Notes: generated by a model not told the origin, from the sequence alone. A stretch of 62,203 bases of DNA from Phycisphaerae bacterium (GCA_049975485.1 JBNGDC010000007.1:26153-88355); one strand, 5' to 3'. Numbered from the stretch's first letter, positions 1 to 11,411 are shown. Numbers and translations: made by a program.

Positions 1-1307
1 TTATCGGCACCAGCCCGGACTTCATAGACGTCGCCGAGGACCGCCGGCGTTTCGGCGAGATACTCAAAGAGCTGAATCTCACCTGCCCGGAAAGCGGCAC
101 GGCCCTGGGCGTGGACCAGGCCCGTGAGATAGCGGCGAAAATCGGCTACCCGGTGCTGGTCCGGCCCAGCTACGTTCTGGGCGGACGGGCGATGGAGATA
201 GTCTCCGACGAGGCCCAGCTCGACGTTTACATGGCCAGGGCGGTGGACGCCTCGACCGTCGGGCGGGAGCACCCCATACTCATCGACAAGTTCCTTCCGG
301 CGGCCATCGAGGTGGATGTGGACTGCATAGCCGACTTCGGCCCTCGCGCCGACGGCACGCGCGAGGACAACCCCCGCGCGGTGGTCTGCGGCGTAATGGA
401 GCACATCGAGGAGGCGGGCATCCACAGCGGCGACTCCGCCTGCGCCCTGCCGCCGTTCTCGCTGTCGGCCGGCGTCATCGCCGAAATCGAGCGGCAGGCG
501 CGCCTGCTCGCGGAGCGCCTGGAGGTCCGCGGACTGATGAACATCCAGTTCGCCGTCAAGGACGGGCGGGTGCTGATACTGGAGGTCAACCCGCGGGCGT
601 CGCGGACCGTGCCGTTCGTCTCCAAGGCCACCGGAGTACCGTGGGCGAAGCTGGCGGCGAAGGTGATGGCCGGCGAGTCGCTCGAATCGCTGGGCGTAAC
701 CGAACCCCAGCGGCCCCGGCATACGTCGGTCAAGGAAAGCGTCTTCCCGTTCACCAAGTTTCCCGGCGTGGACGTGATACTCGGTCCGGAGATGCGCTCC
801 ACCGGCGAGGTGATGGGCGTGGACATGAGTTTCTCGCTGGCGTTCGCCAAGAGCCAGATGGCCGCCGGCGTGGGACTTCCGGTCGAGGGCACTGTGTTCC
901 TGTCGGTCTGCGACGCTGATAAGCCGTCGGCCGTGGCGATAGCGCAGCGGCTGGCGGCGATGGGCTTCGATATCGTCGCGACGGCCGGCACCTACGCCGC
1001 GATATCCGACGCCGGCGTACGCGCCCGGCGGATACCGAAGCTGCAGGAAGGTCGGCCGAACATCGCGGACATGATCACCAACCGCGAGGTGCAGATGCTC
1101 ATAAACACCCCCACCCGTCGCGGGCCTGCGACGGACGAGGGACGCATCCGTGCGATGGCGACGCTTTATGAGGTGCCGCTGATAACCACCCTCACCGCCG
1201 CCCGGGCCGCCGTGGACGGCATAGCCGCGCTACGCGCCGGCGCCGCCGGCAACGGCTGGGGGGTCCGGCCACTGCAGGACTACTTCCCGCAGACTGCCGG
1301 TAAGTAG
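1..1307 (+). CDS. carB: Carbamoyl-phosphate synthase large subunit, C-terminal part (5' truncated by window edge)
   Basis: Frame is open from position 3 (IGTSPDFIDVAEDRRRF). Motifs GYPVLVRPSYVLGGRAM, MEHIEEAGIHSGDS, EVNPRASRTVPF and LGPEMRSTGEVMG, plus a C-terminal MGS-like domain. Confidence 0.97.
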   Translation, partial: IGTSPDFIDVAEDRRRFGEILKELNLTCPESGTALGVDQAREIAAKIGYPVLVRPSYVLGGRAMEIVSDEAQLDVYMARAVDASTVGREHPILIDKFLPAAIEVDVDCIADFGPRADGTREDNPRAVVCGVMEHIEEAGIHSGDSACALPPFSLSAGVIAEIERQARLLAERLEVRGLMNIQFAVKDGRVLILEVNPRASRTVPFVSKATGVPWAKLAAKVMAGESLESLGVTEPQRPRHTSVKESVFPFTKFPGVDVILGPEMRSTGEVMGVDMSFSLAFAKSQMAAGVGLPVEGTVFLSVCDADKPSAVAIAQRLAAMGFDIVATAGTYAAISDAGVRARRIPKLQEGRPNIADMITNREVQMLINTPTRRGPATDEGRIRAMATLYEVPLITTLTAARAAVDGIAALRAGAAGNGWGVRPLQDYFPQTAGK

Positions 1308-1344
1308 CGCCGATGCGGTGTCCGCCGCTTGTCGTTGGTCGGAA

Positions 1345-1379
1345 AACTCGCGATTCGCGGTTCGTAATTCGCAACTCCC
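1345..1379. repeat. Degenerate heptamer tandem repeat (GATTCGC-like, about 5 units)
   Basis: aactcgc gattcgc ggttcgt aattcgc aactccc, between convergent genes. The same type recurs at 39950-39982. Confidence 0.6.
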
Positions 1380-1385
1380 CCGTGG

Positions 1386-2504
1386 TCAGGGATTCCAGAT
1401 GTCGGCCCAGATCCTGCCTATGGTCATCCCATCGCCGTCCGAGCGGTCCGGCGGCTGACGGCCGGCCATTATCAGATTGCCCTCGCCGTCAAACTCCACA
1501 CGCAACGGCCACAAACTCTCTATGCCGGCGGAGTCCGGCGAGTAGCGCATATCGTGGAACACGACAACGTGCACGCCGTTGAGCCGGCGATACTCCGCCC
1601 GCAGGCGCCCCATGGCGAACCACCTGTAGATTTCATACTCGCGCAGACGCCGGGCCTTCTCAACCCACTCGTTGGATATGTGCCTGGCAGCGCGGCTCAT
1701 CCGCCGACGGCTCGGCGGGTCGTCGCTGAAGTGATGCACACGAACGGCTATCCACTCATCCGGCGTCTCCAGCACCGCCCGCCAGAGGAATATCGTGCCT
1801 ATCTGCGGGTAGGCGTCGGCCCGGAGTATCTCCACGTCGCCCGCGGCGCGTACGGCGATATCGACCGCGCGGTTGTGCATCAGCCGCCCCGTCCCCAGAT
1901 AGCCCATTGCCAGCGCGAAGCCCACCCAGCCGATTATCAGCGTGGCCCTGGGGGCGCTCCCGCCGCGGAACTTCCGCACGACGTAGCAGACCAGCAGCGT
2001 CAGTATCAGCAGCGGCGTGAAGATGAAATCGATGATGCCGATGGTGTTAAGCGCGTAACGCGCGTTGGTCAGCGGCGAGAAGAGCTGCGTACCGTAGGCC
2101 GTCAGGTAGTCCAGCGGCGCATGGCTGTAAAACGCCACCAGTATGCAGGCGTACAGAAGCAGAAATCCCGGCGCCCCGGGCCTGTCGCCGATGTTGGAGG
2201 ACTCCGTCGCATCGGCCTTGAAAAGTCGCAATACCTTTCGCCGGAAATACCACCAGCCAAAGGCGATGGGCAGCGCAAGAAGCGGCGCCAGCAGCAGCGA
2301 ATGTGTCGGCCCGCGGTGGATCTGCATTATGGTGAACTCGTCCACCTCGGCGCCGGTCATCGACAGCAGCGGACCAAAGAAGACGTCGAGGTCGGCGGCC
2401 GCCCCGGCCCCGAAGGCCATCCAGGTGGCGTCGCGGCCGATACGCTGGCGAAAGCCCAACTGCGCCGTCGCCGCACCCAGAAGACCTTGTGTCAGGGAGT
2501 CCAT
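1386..2504 (-). CDS. Membrane-bound metal-dependent hydrolase (YfhP/YdjM-like)
   Basis: N-terminal MDSLTQGLLGAA, then ADLD, HRGPTHSLL and SHAPLDYLTAYGTQLFSP motifs, with several TM segments. Confidence 0.85.
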   Translation of the reverse strand: MDSLTQGLLGAATAQLGFRQRIGRDATWMAFGAGAAADLDVFFGPLLSMTGAEVDEFTIMQIHRGPTHSLLLAPLLALPIAFGWWYFRRKVLRLFKADATESSNIGDRPGAPGFLLLYACILVAFYSHAPLDYLTAYGTQLFSPLTNARYALNTIGIIDFIFTPLLILTLLVCYVVRKFRGGSAPRATLIIGWVGFALAMGYLGTGRLMHNRAVDIAVRAAGDVEILRADAYPQIGTIFLWRAVLETPDEWIAVRVHHFSDDPPSRRRMSRAARHISNEWVEKARRLREYEIYRWFAMGRLRAEYRRLNGVHVVVFHDMRYSPDSAGIESLWPLRVEFDGEGNLIMAGRQPPDRSDGDGMTIGRIWADIWNP

Positions 2505-2542
2505 GGCGTCAAATGCAGCGGTGTTTGGTTAATTGGGAAAGC

Positions 2543-3168
2543 CGTTGAGCAGTTGAACAGTTAAGCAGTTAAACCATTAAGCATTACGCCTGCCTGCTGC
2601 CTGTTGCCTTCCGCCTGCTGCCTACCGGCTGCGGCGGACAAGCTTGCCTGCTGCCTGAGTAGGCCACAGCTTACTGCTTTCCCAGGCCACGACTTGCTGC
2701 TTCTCTAGGCCACGGCTTGCTGCTTCTCTTAGCCCACGGCTTTAGCCGTGGTGTATGGGACCGGTTATATATTCTACTCCAGCCCGTTTTAACGGGCTTA
2801 TCTCGGCCTGAAGAAAGGACGTTAAAACGCCCTCAAACAATCATAGCCGCCGCGGCCGGATACCATGGCCAAAGCCATGGCCTAATTATCGCCGCAGCGT
2901 GTGACGGGTGAACCGAGGGGCCGGATACCATGGCTGAAGCCATGGCCTAATTATCGCCGCAGCGTGTTACGGGTGAACCGAGGGGCCGGGTACCATGGCT
3001 GAAGCCATGGCCTGATCCACAATCCGCAATCCGCGATCATAGATCTGTCGTGCAGGTATGCTCGGCCTAAATCTGCCTATTGCCTCTTGCCTCTTGCCTA
3101 TTGCCTACTGCCTCTTGCCTACTGCCTCCCGCCTGCAATGCTTGACTGCTCAACGGCTTAACTGTTTT
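2543..3168. repeat. Composite intergenic repeat region: octamer and heptamer tandem repeats around a REP-doublet-like element with duplicated ends
   Basis: GTTRARCA octamers at 2543-2583, inverted again at about 3139-3165. CTGCCTR/TTGCCTA heptamers. A 23-bp unit x3 at 2661-2729, palindrome CCACGGCTTTAGCCGTGG at about 2734-2751, and a 65-bp unit x2.5 at 2854-3013 carrying CCATGGCTGAAGCCATGG. Confidence 0.8.
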
Positions 3169-3181
3169 ACAGACTATAGGC

Positions 3182-4741
3182 CTATTCCCACTCGATGGTG
3201 GCGGGCGGCTTGGAGGATATGTCGTACACAACGCGATTGACCCCCCGGACTTCGTTGATGATGCGGTTGGAGATTCCCGCCAGCACGTCGTAGGGTATCC
3301 GCGACCAGTCGGCCGTCATGAAGTCGGCCGAATCCACCGACCGCACGGCCACCACGTGCTCATAGGTCCGTCCGTCGCCCATCACCCCGACCGTCTGGAT
3401 AGGCAGCAGCACGGCGAAGACCTGCGCGGTCTTGCGGTACAGACCGGCCGCTCGTATCTCCTCCAGCAGGATCTGGTCGGCCTTTCGGAGCATCTCCAGC
3501 CGCTCGGGGGTAAGTTCGCCCACGCAGCGGACGGCCAATCCGGGGCCCGGGAACGGATGCCGCCAGACGACCGACTCCGGCAACCCCAACAGTTCGCCGG
3601 CGCGGCGGACCTCGTCCTTGAACAGGTCGCGCAGCGGCTCGATAAGCTCAAAACCCAGCTCCTCCGGCAGACCGCCCACGTTGTGGTGGAGCTTGATGTT
3701 CGCGGCCTCACCCGCCAGCGACCGCCCGGACTCTATCACGTCCGGATACAGCGTGCCCTGGGCGAGGTAGCGGGCGTTGGGAATCTTCTCCGCGGCGGAC
3801 TTGAAGCTCTCAATGAACGTGTGTCCGATGATGCGCCGTTTCTCCTGCGGCTCGACAACGCCCTTCAGCCGCTGAAGGAACAGATCCCCCGCCGGCACCG
3901 TGGTCAGGTCCATCCGGAAATGCTCGGCGAAGGTGCTGCGGACCAGCTCCACCTCGTTGGTTCGCAGCAGGCCGTTGTCCACGAAGATGCACGCCAGCCG
4001 GTCGCCTATCGCCCTGTGCATCAGCGCCGCGACGACCGACGAGTCCACGCCGCCGCTCAGCCCGCATATCACACGCTCATCCGCACCGACCGTGCGGCGG
4101 ATATCCTCGACGGCCGCATCCACGAACGAGCCCATCTGCCACAGGCCCTTGCAGCCGCAGATGTCATAAAGGAAATTCTCGAACACCTGCTGGCCGTGGG
4201 GAGTGTGCGTGACCTCCGGGTGAAACTGCACGCCGTAGAAGTTGCCGCTTTTGTGGCGAACGGCCGCTACGGGACAAGCGGGCGTCTCGGCCAGCGGCTC
4301 AAAGTCCTCCGGAAGCTGCTGCACCTGGTCGGCGTGGCTCATCCAGACTGTCGTCTGCGGCGGCACATTCCGCAGCAGGCGGTCGGCGTTGGTGACCTTG
4401 AGTGCGGTTCGCCCGTATTCGCACGAGGGCGCCGGGCGGACCTCCGCGCCAAGCACACCACAGCCGACCTGCATGCCGTAGCAGATTCCCAGCACCGGCA
4501 CGCCGAAGCCCAGCAGCTCCCGCCGGACCTGCGGGGCGTCCGGTTCATAGACGCTGGCAGGCCCGCCGGTGAAGATAAGCCCGCGGCAGTTCAGGCGCCG
4601 AAGGTCCTCGACGGTAACGTCCGGGCGTGCGAGCACGCTGAAGACCCCGCTCTCACGAACGCGCCGGGCGATGAGCTGGGCGTACTGGCTGCCGAAATCG
4701 ACGATTACTACCGTCTCGGATTGTGCCTCGGGTGCATCCAT
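3182..4741 (-). CDS. guaA: GMP synthase (glutamine-hydrolysing)
   Basis: [51 protein letters not shown] and KPPATIEWE. Start placed at ATG 4741. Confidence 0.98.
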   Translation of the reverse strand: MDAPEAQSETVVIVDFGSQYAQLIARRVRESGVFSVLARPDVTVEDLRRLNCRGLIFTGGPASVYEPDAPQVRRELLGFGVPVLGICYGMQVGCGVLGAEVRPAPSCEYGRTALKVTNADRLLRNVPPQTTVWMSHADQVQQLPEDFEPLAETPACPVAAVRHKSGNFYGVQFHPEVTHTPHGQQVFENFLYDICGCKGLWQMGSFVDAAVEDIRRTVGADERVICGLSGGVDSSVVAALMHRAIGDRLACIFVDNGLLRTNEVELVRSTFAEHFRMDLTTVPAGDLFLQRLKGVVEPQEKRRIIGHTFIESFKSAAEKIPNARYLAQGTLYPDVIESGRSLAGEAANIKLHHNVGGLPEELGFELIEPLRDLFKDEVRRAGELLGLPESVVWRHPFPGPGLAVRCVGELTPERLEMLRKADQILLEEIRAAGLYRKTAQVFAVLLPIQTVGVMGDGRTYEHVVAVRSVDSADFMTADWSRIPYDVLAGISNRIINEVRGVNRVVYDISSKPPATIEWE

Positions 4742-4829
4742 AGGTAGAAAACGCCGCCGCTCGCGGCCGGTGCACGGCATGGAGACAACCGCGATTCGAC
4801 CCCGTGTCAGGGCCTGAAAACAAGGTCTT

Positions 4830-5756
4830 TCACTCGGCCAGTCGCGTCTCGACCAACTCGTCCACTCGCTCGGCGATCCAGTCCTCCCAGCGGGCGATGA
4901 GGACCATGTGCTCCGGTCCCGGCGTGAACACGCGGAGGTCCTTGGGTTCGTTGGCGGCGCGGTATATGGCCTCGCTGTGCTCCAGCGGCACGCTGACGTC
5001 GATAAGCCCGTGAATCAGCAGCAGCGGGCAGTCCAGCCGGGACGCCGCTTCCTCGGCCGAGGCCTCGGAAAGCTGAAAGTCGCCCATCTCGGCCGCCCGG
5101 TCCATAACGCCTTGCACGTTTTCACGGCTCATGGTCGGCGCCACCATCGCCAGATGACGCCGCATCATGGTCTCGGCGTCCTTGTAGGGAGTAACCACCA
5201 TCACGCCATCGACGCGGTCGTCGATGTCGGCGTAGAGGATGGCCGTCGCCGCCCCCAGCGTGGTTCCGAAGACATAGACGGGCTCGGCGACCACCTGCCC
5301 GGCAAGCAGTTCGTCCATGACCATCTTGACGTCATGCTTTTCCTTGGCGCCGTAGGTTATGGCCTCGCCGCCGCTGCGGCCGTGATAGCGAAGGTCCGGC
5401 AGGACCACGTCGAAGCCCTTTTCCGACAGCCGACGCCCCACGCCCAGGTAGGTCGCCTTGGACTCCGACGTTCCGTGCAGGACGACCACTGTTCCCCGGG
5501 GCTGGTCCGCCGATTCTTCGCCGGCGGCGTTTATCACCCAGACGTCGATCTCGACGCCGTCATCGGCGGTAAACACCCGATGCTCGGAGATGCGGTTCTG
5601 TGCGACGAGCTGCTCACCGGTGCCGGTCAGGTCCTCGCGGATCTTGCCCGGATGCGTATTGGGCTGGATGAGCTGGCGTGCGTATTCGTCCTGCCGGCAA
5701 CCAAGACCTGTCGCCAGCACACAGAATAAAGCGGCCGACGCAACCGTGCGTTTCAT
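4830..5756 (-). CDS. Alpha/beta-hydrolase fold lipoprotein with atypical G-T-T-L-G elbow
   Basis: Lipobox-like [41 protein letters not shown] and C-terminal His (GPEH). Confidence 0.85.
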   Translation of the reverse strand: MKRTVASAALFCVLATGLGCRQDEYARQLIQPNTHPGKIREDLTGTGEQLVAQNRISEHRVFTADDGVEIDVWVINAAGEESADQPRGTVVVLHGTSESKATYLGVGRRLSEKGFDVVLPDLRYHGRSGGEAITYGAKEKHDVKMVMDELLAGQVVAEPVYVFGTTLGAATAILYADIDDRVDGVMVVTPYKDAETMMRRHLAMVAPTMSRENVQGVMDRAAEMGDFQLSEASAEEAASRLDCPLLLIHGLIDVSVPLEHSEAIYRAANEPKDLRVFTPGPEHMVLIARWEDWIAERVDELVETRLAE

Positions 5757-5885
5757 GGGTTTTCTCCTGTAGCCCTGGCGGTTCGCCCGCTCCTACAGGC
5801 ACCCGCCTGCCGACGGTGAGTGTAGCAGAAACCTCTGCGCCTGCAACCGCGCGGACGAATATCTCTACCCCCTCCGCCGGCGATC

Positions 5886-7790
5886 TCAGATACGGTGGAA
5901 CTGTTTTTCCAGCTCCTTCAGCGACAGGCGTATGGTGGTAGGCCGGCCGTGCGGACAGGAGGAATACTTCTCCGCCTGCTCGCGGCGGTCCAGCAAATCA
6001 TCCATCTCGCCCGGCGTGAGCGGGTCGCCTGCCTTGACGGCGGCCTTGCACGCCATCATCGCCAGAACCTCCTCCAGCAGCCGCTCGGAGTCGATACTCT
6101 CGTCGTCCCCCAGCGCGTCGAGAAGCTCCCGCAGAAACCCGCCCGGCGATACGTCCCGCTCGCACAGCAGCGTAGGGAACGCCTGAATCGCCACCGTCCG
6201 GGGCCCGAACGGCTCGACGGATATCCCCAGCCGCCTAAGCAGTTCCGCATGCGTCTCCAGCAGGTCGGCCTCGCCGGCGGTGACCTCCAGTGTCTCCGGA
6301 ATCAGACGCCGCTGGCTGGTAAGCCCGCCCTCGGCCAATCGACCGCGCAGCTCGTTGTACAGCAGCCGCTCGTGCAATGCGTGCTGGTCCACGATTATCA
6401 GCCCCTCGTCGGCCTCGGTGACGATATAGCTGTTGTGTATCTGGACGGCAGGCCTGTGCGGAACGGGCTGATAGAAGCCCTCCACAGTTGCCTCATCCCG
6501 CTGCCCGTCTGCCGGGGTGGACCGGGGCGCCTCGGCCGGCTGCTGAGTCGGCGGGGCGCCCTGCGACGGCGGCGCCTGCGACATGCCCGACAGCAGGCCC
6601 GGCTGAGAGGTCTGTTCAGGCCGGCCCTGCTGCGACCGTGTTGACGACTCCGGAAAGCTCAATCGCGGCTGCTGGGGCGGAGCGGATTTGAAGAAGTCGG
6701 CCAACGCCTGCCGCAGCGACTCCCGCCTGCCCTCGTCGCCGCCTGGCTCCCGCGGCTCGCCGAAGTCTTCCGGCCCGCCCAGCGACGCCTCCGGCGCCAG
6801 GTCCGCCTTGTTGAGCGTTTCCTTCAGGGCCGCCAGCAACTCGCCGTGGACGAGCTGACTGTCGCGGAAGCGGACCTCGATCTTCGTGGGGTGAACGTTG
6901 ACGTCCACGTCGCCCGGGTCCACCTCCAGGAATATGAACGCCACCGGCGACATCGTTGGCTCCAGCAGCCCGCGGTACGCCTCCCGCAGGGCGTGCAGCA
7001 GGACCCGGTCGCGGATGTACCTGCCGTTGAGAAAAAAGTACTGCCACTTGCCCGACGCCCTGGCCGCCGACGGCTTGGCGACAAGCCCCTCCACCACCAC
7101 AGGCCCCCGCCGCGGCGCCAGCGGCAGCAGCGCGTCGGAAAGTTCCTGTCCGAACAGGTCGGCCACCCGCCGGGCCGTGGTCTGTGCCGCGGGGAGGTTC
7201 CGCAGCTCGCGGTCGTTGTGGACCAGCCGGAAGGCCACGTCCGGCCGGGGCAGAGCCAGCCGGGCAAGCTGCTCGGTTACGTGTCCCAGCTCGGTGTTGG
7301 CCGTCCGCATGAACTTCCGCCGCGCCGGCGTGTTGAAGAAAAGGTCACGCACGGTGATGGTGGTCCCGCCGGCCGCGGGGCACGGGCGGACCTCGCCGAC
7401 GTGCTGGTCGCAGGCCTCTATCTCATGTCCGCTGGCGGCGTCGTGGCGGCGAGTGCGGGCGTGGACGCGGGCTATGGACGCGATGGACGCCAGCGCCTCG
7501 CCTCGGAACCCCATGGTCGAGACGGCGAAGAGGTCGTCGTCGGTGGATATCTTGCTGGTGGCGTGCGGGGCGAACGCCAGGGCCAGGTCCTCGCCGTCCA
7601 TGCCGCAGCCGTCGTCGATGACCTCTATGAGTTTCCTGCCGCCGTCGGAAAGGCGTATTTCCACGCGCGTGGCGCCGGCGTCGAGGGCGTTTTCAACAAG
7701 CTCTTTGACCACGCTGGCGGGGCGCTCGATGACCTCGCCCGCGGCGATCTTGTTGACCAGGTGTCTGGGAAGTACGTGAATAGCCGGCAT
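5886..7790 (-). CDS. mutL: DNA mismatch repair endonuclease MutL
   Basis: NKIAAGEVIERPASVVKELVENALDAG, GFRGEALASI, DVNVHPTK, endonuclease motif DQHALHER, ACK and CPHGRP. Confidence 0.98.
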   Translation of the reverse strand: MPAIHVLPRHLVNKIAAGEVIERPASVVKELVENALDAGATRVEIRLSDGGRKLIEVIDDGCGMDGEDLALAFAPHATSKISTDDDLFAVSTMGFRGEALASIASIARVHARTRRHDAASGHEIEACDQHVGEVRPCPAAGGTTITVRDLFFNTPARRKFMRTANTELGHVTEQLARLALPRPDVAFRLVHNDRELRNLPAAQTTARRVADLFGQELSDALLPLAPRRGPVVVEGLVAKPSAARASGKWQYFFLNGRYIRDRVLLHALREAYRGLLEPTMSPVAFIFLEVDPGDVDVNVHPTKIEVRFRDSQLVHGELLAALKETLNKADLAPEASLGGPEDFGEPREPGGDEGRRESLRQALADFFKSAPPQQPRLSFPESSTRSQQGRPEQTSQPGLLSGMSQAPPSQGAPPTQQPAEAPRSTPADGQRDEATVEGFYQPVPHRPAVQIHNSYIVTEADEGLIIVDQHALHERLLYNELRGRLAEGGLTSQRRLIPETLEVTAGEADLLETHAELLRRLGISVEPFGPRTVAIQAFPTLLCERDVSPGGFLRELLDALGDDESIDSERLLEEVLAMMACKAAVKAGDPLTPGEMDDLLDRREQAEKYSSCPHGRPTTIRLSLKELEKQFHRI

Positions 7791-7944
7791 GGCCGCTCCG
7801 ATGGGCAGATGAACGGCACAATTCTAAAGCGCATCCGCCAGGGGACAAAGACCATTCGCCGAAACGCGCCGAGAAGGGGTGCGGTCGGAATATGGCGGCG
7901 TCCGATCGCGAACCGGAACCGAGACCGGTTCAGGAATATGTCAA

Positions 7945-8255
7945 TCGCCCCCTGACGGGGGCTTGCACGTCCGCGGCCGCCCGTTTCCACGGGCTCAGCT
8001 TCGCTTTGCCCGTGGCTACTGTCAGACGCCCCCTGACGGGGGCTACAACGTCCGCGGCGATTGGCGCTCAAACAACGGTTGCGCGAAGAGTCCCGGCGAA
8101 GCCGGAAGGCGGGATGATTGGTGATCGCCCGCACGAGCCGGTCGCCGGGCGAGGAGTCCCGGCGCAGCCGGGACGATTGAAAATAGCCACGCCCGCAAGG
8201 GCGTGGACTTTGGGAGACATCAACCGCCGGAGCCCCCGCAAGGGGGCGATTGAGA
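7945..8255. repeat. Cluster of REP-like palindromes between mutL and uvrA
   Basis: CGCCCCCTGACGGGGGCT x2, CCACGGGC...GCCCGTGG, GTCCCGGCG(A/C)AGCCGG x2, CCACGCCCGCAAGGGCGTGG and GCCCCCGCAAGGGGGCG. Confidence 0.7.
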
Positions 8256-8369
8256 CTCATATGGCCCGCGGAACTCAGGACCATGTCGCCAAAGTCTATC
8301 CGCCACCAATAACCGGCCACACCTTCGATAAGCGCCGTCTTCCGGCCGGGGGGACAGTCTGCGAGTCCG

Positions 8370-11300
8370 TCAATCGGCCGGTTCGGCGACGGGTTTTTCC
8401 TCCGCCAGGTGCGGGGCGAGGAACTTGCCCGTGTAGGACGTCTCATGCTCGGCGATCTCTTCGGGCGTGCCCTCGGCCACTACCAGACCGCCGTCGTCGC
8501 CGCCCTCGGGTCCCAGGTCGATAATCCAGTCGGCGTACTTTATGACGTCCATGTTGTGCTCGATGATGATGACCGTGTTGCCCATGTCGGCCAGGCGGTT
8601 GAGCACGTTCAGCAGATTGTGAATGTCGGCGAAGTGCAGGCCCGTGGTCGGCTCATCCAGCACGTAGAGTGTATGGCCGGTGGCGGTCTTTCCCAGCTCG
8701 CTGGCCAGCTTGACCCGCTGGGCCTCGCCCCCCGAGAGCGTGGTGGAGCTTTGCCCCAGCTCGATGTAGCTGAGTCCCACATCGTTCAGGGCCTTGAGGA
8801 GCTGCTTTATCTTGGGGAAGTTGTCGAAAAAGCTCAGCGCATCCTCCACGCGCATATCGAGCACATCCGCTATGGTCTTTCCGCGGTAGCGGACCTCCAG
8901 CGTCTCGCGATTGTACCTGGCGCCCTTACACTGCTGGCAGGTGACGTACACATCCGGCAGGAAGTGCATCTCGATGCGCTTGGTGCCCTGTCCCTGGCAG
9001 GCCTCGCAGCGCCCGCCCTTAACGTTGAAGCTGAACCTGCCGGGCTTGTATCCGCGGATCTTGGCCTCGCGCGTCTTGGCGAACAACTGCCGGATGAGGT
9101 CGAACACGCCTGTATAGGTCGCAGCATTGGAGCGGGGCGTCCTGCCGATGGGAGACTGGTCTATCTCGATGACCTTGTCCACCCGCCCGACGCCCAGGAC
9201 CTTGTCGAACTCGCCGGGCTTCTCGCGCGAGCTGTACAGCCGCCGCTTCAGCGCCCGCAGCAACGTGAGGTTCACCAGCGTGCTCTTGCCAGAGCCGGAA
9301 ACGCCCGTGACGCAGACGATGCCGCCCAGCGGGAACTTCACGTCGATGTCCTTGAGGTTGTGCTCCCGGCAGCCGCGAAGCTCCACGCACTTCTTTAGCG
9401 ACATCTTCCTGCGCCGCTGCGGTGGGGAGATGCGCATGCGCCGCGAGAGGTACTTGCCGGTGATGGAGTCGGCCGACTCGCATATCTCCTCGGGCGTGCC
9501 CTGTGCAACGATCCTTCCGCCGTGCCTGCCGGCGGCGGGTCCCATGTCTATGACCTCGTCGGCGGCGCGGATGGTGGCCTCGTCATGCTCGACGACGATT
9601 ACGGTGTTGCCCATGTCCCTCAGACGGGTGAGCGTACGTATGAGCCGGCGGTTGTCGCGCTGGTGCAGGCCGATGGTCGGCTCGTCCAGCACGTAGCAGA
9701 CGCCCACCAGACCGCTGCCGACCTGCGTCGCCAGTCGTATGCGCTGCGCCTCGCCGCCGGAGAGCGTGGCGGCCGTCCGGTCCAGAGTGATGTAGTCCAG
9801 CCCCACGTCGCACAGGAACGTCAGCCGGTGGCGGATCTCGCGAAGGATAATCTCTGCGATTCTGCTGCGCTCGGCGTCCAGCTCCAGGGAGTCGAAGAAC
9901 CCCAGGGCCTCGGCGATGTACATCCTGGTTACTTCGTTGATGTTCCTGCCGTCGATGGTCACGGCCAGCGACGCCGGCTTCAGCCGTGCCCCGCCGCAGC
10001 TCGTGCAGGGCTGCTCGGAGAGATACCCGTGCAGCCGCTGCTTGACGTACTCGCTGTCGGTCTTCTGCCAACGGCGTTCGAGGTTGGGTATCACGCCCTC
10101 CCAGTCGCCGTCCGGGTCGCCGTGCATGAGTATGTCGCGGATGCCGGGGTCGAGCTTCTCGAACGGCTCGTTGGGCGGGACGTTGTATTTGCGGCAGAAG
10201 CGGCGGATGAGGCGGTTGTAGTAGATGTTCATGCGCTTGCCGCCGCGGCGCCAGGCGTCCACCGCGCCCTGTACGAGCGACAGGCCGGGGTCGGGGACGA
10301 TCAGCTCCGGGTCGAACTCGAGAATGGTCCCCAGACCGTCGCATTCCTCGCAGGCGCCATAGGGGCTGTTGAAGCTGAACATCCGCGGGGACAGCTCCTC
10401 GAGGTTCGCCTCCGGGTGCTGCGGGCAGGCGTACGTGGCGCTGAAGAGCCAGTCCTTCCAGCCGGGCAGGTCGCGCGTAGTGGGCTTGCGGGTGGAGGAC
10501 GACCCGGAACCGTCCTGCCCGTCGTCGTCTTTCGGCTCATAGCAGATACGCACCAGCCCGCCGGCCAGCGTAAGGGCCGTCTCGATGCTGTCGGACAGGC
10601 GGATGTTCACGCCCTGCTTCATCACCAGCCGGTCCACCACCACGTCGATGTGGTGTTTCTTGTTCTTGTGGAGGTCGGGCGGTTCCTTGAGGTCGTGAAT
10701 CTCGCCGTCGATGCGGGCGCGGACGTAGCCCTCCCGCTGCATGTGACGCAGAAGCTCGGCGTGTTTGCCCTTTTGCCCGCGAACCACCGGGGCGAGCACC
10801 ATGAACCGCGTGCCTTCGGGCAACTCCATCACCGAGTCCACAATCTGCGTGACGGTCTGACTGCTGATGCGACGGCCGCATATCCAGCAGTGCGGCTCGC
10901 CCACGCGGGCGAACAGCAGGCGCAGGTAGTCGTAAATCTCCGTGATGGTCGCGACTGTCGAGCGTGGGTTGGCCTGGCCGGAGCGTTGCTCGATGGCGAC
11001 GGTCGGCGGCAGGCCCTCGATGTGCTCGACGTCCGGCTTGGAAAGCTGCTCCAGGAACTGCCTGGCGTAGGCGGATAAGCTCTCGACGTACTTTCGCTGT
11101 CCCTCGGCGTAGATGGTGTCGAACGCCAGCGAGCTTTTGCCCGAGCCGCTCAGCCCCGTGACCACGACCAGCTTGTCGCGGGGGATGCGCACGTCGATGC
11201 CCTGGAGGTTGTGCTCCTTGGCGCCGAGAACGACTATCTCGCGGCGGGCGTCGCCGAACTGCTCGACCACCTCCGGCGAGGGCTTGCCGCCCTCACTGCG

Positions 11301-11411
11301 GCCGGGAGACGACTTCGGCTTCCGCTCGGCGGAGATCGCCAAAGACTTCTTCCGCGCCGGGCGCTTGCGGGCCTTCCTGGTCTTCGGGGATGTCTTACGC
11401 TTCCTGGCCAT
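8370..11411 (-). CDS. uvrA: Excinuclease ABC subunit A, with Lys/Arg-rich N-terminal extension
   Basis: [21 protein letters not shown], two LSGGEAQR signatures, zinc fingers ([16 protein letters not shown]) and [10 protein letters not shown]. Start at ATG 11411 is supported by the adjacent promoter. Confidence 0.98.
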   Translation of the reverse strand: MARKRKTSPKTRKARKRPARKKSLAISAERKPKSSPGRSEGGKPSPEVVEQFGDARREIVVLGAKEHNLQGIDVRIPRDKLVVVTGLSGSGKSSLAFDTIYAEGQRKYVESLSAYARQFLEQLSKPDVEHIEGLPPTVAIEQRSGQANPRSTVATITEIYDYLRLLFARVGEPHCWICGRRISSQTVTQIVDSVMELPEGTRFMVLAPVVRGQKGKHAELLRHMQREGYVRARIDGEIHDLKEPPDLHKNKKHHIDVVVDRLVMKQGVNIRLSDSIETALTLAGGLVRICYEPKDDDGQDGSGSSSTRKPTTRDLPGWKDWLFSATYACPQHPEANLEELSPRMFSFNSPYGACEECDGLGTILEFDPELIVPDPGLSLVQGAVDAWRRGGKRMNIYYNRLIRRFCRKYNVPPNEPFEKLDPGIRDILMHGDPDGDWEGVIPNLERRWQKTDSEYVKQRLHGYLSEQPCTSCGGARLKPASLAVTIDGRNINEVTRMYIAEALGFFDSLELDAERSRIAEIILREIRHRLTFLCDVGLDYITLDRTAATLSGGEAQRIRLATQVGSGLVGVCYVLDEPTIGLHQRDNRRLIRTLTRLRDMGNTVIVVEHDEATIRAADEVIDMGPAAGRHGGRIVAQGTPEEICESADSITGKYLSRRMRISPPQRRRKMSLKKCVELRGCREHNLKDIDVKFPLGGIVCVTGVSGSGKSTLVNLTLLRALKRRLYSSREKPGEFDKVLGVGRVDKVIEIDQSPIGRTPRSNAATYTGVFDLIRQLFAKTREAKIRGYKPGRFSFNVKGGRCEACQGQGTKRIEMHFLPDVYVTCQQCKGARYNRETLEVRYRGKTIADVLDMRVEDALSFFDNFPKIKQLLKALNDVGLSYIELGQSSTTLSGGEAQRVKLASELGKTATGHTLYVLDEPTTGLHFADIHNLLNVLNRLADMGNTVIIIEHNMDVIKYADWIIDLGPEGGDDGGLVVAEGTPEEIAEHETSYTGKFLAPHLAEEKPVAEPAD

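Noticed and set aside
2854-3013. Possible mini CRISPR array (palindromic repeat, 65-bp period)
   Set aside because: The would-be spacers are nearly identical, there are only three repeats, no cas genes are present, and the palindrome belongs to the adjacent REP-like family.
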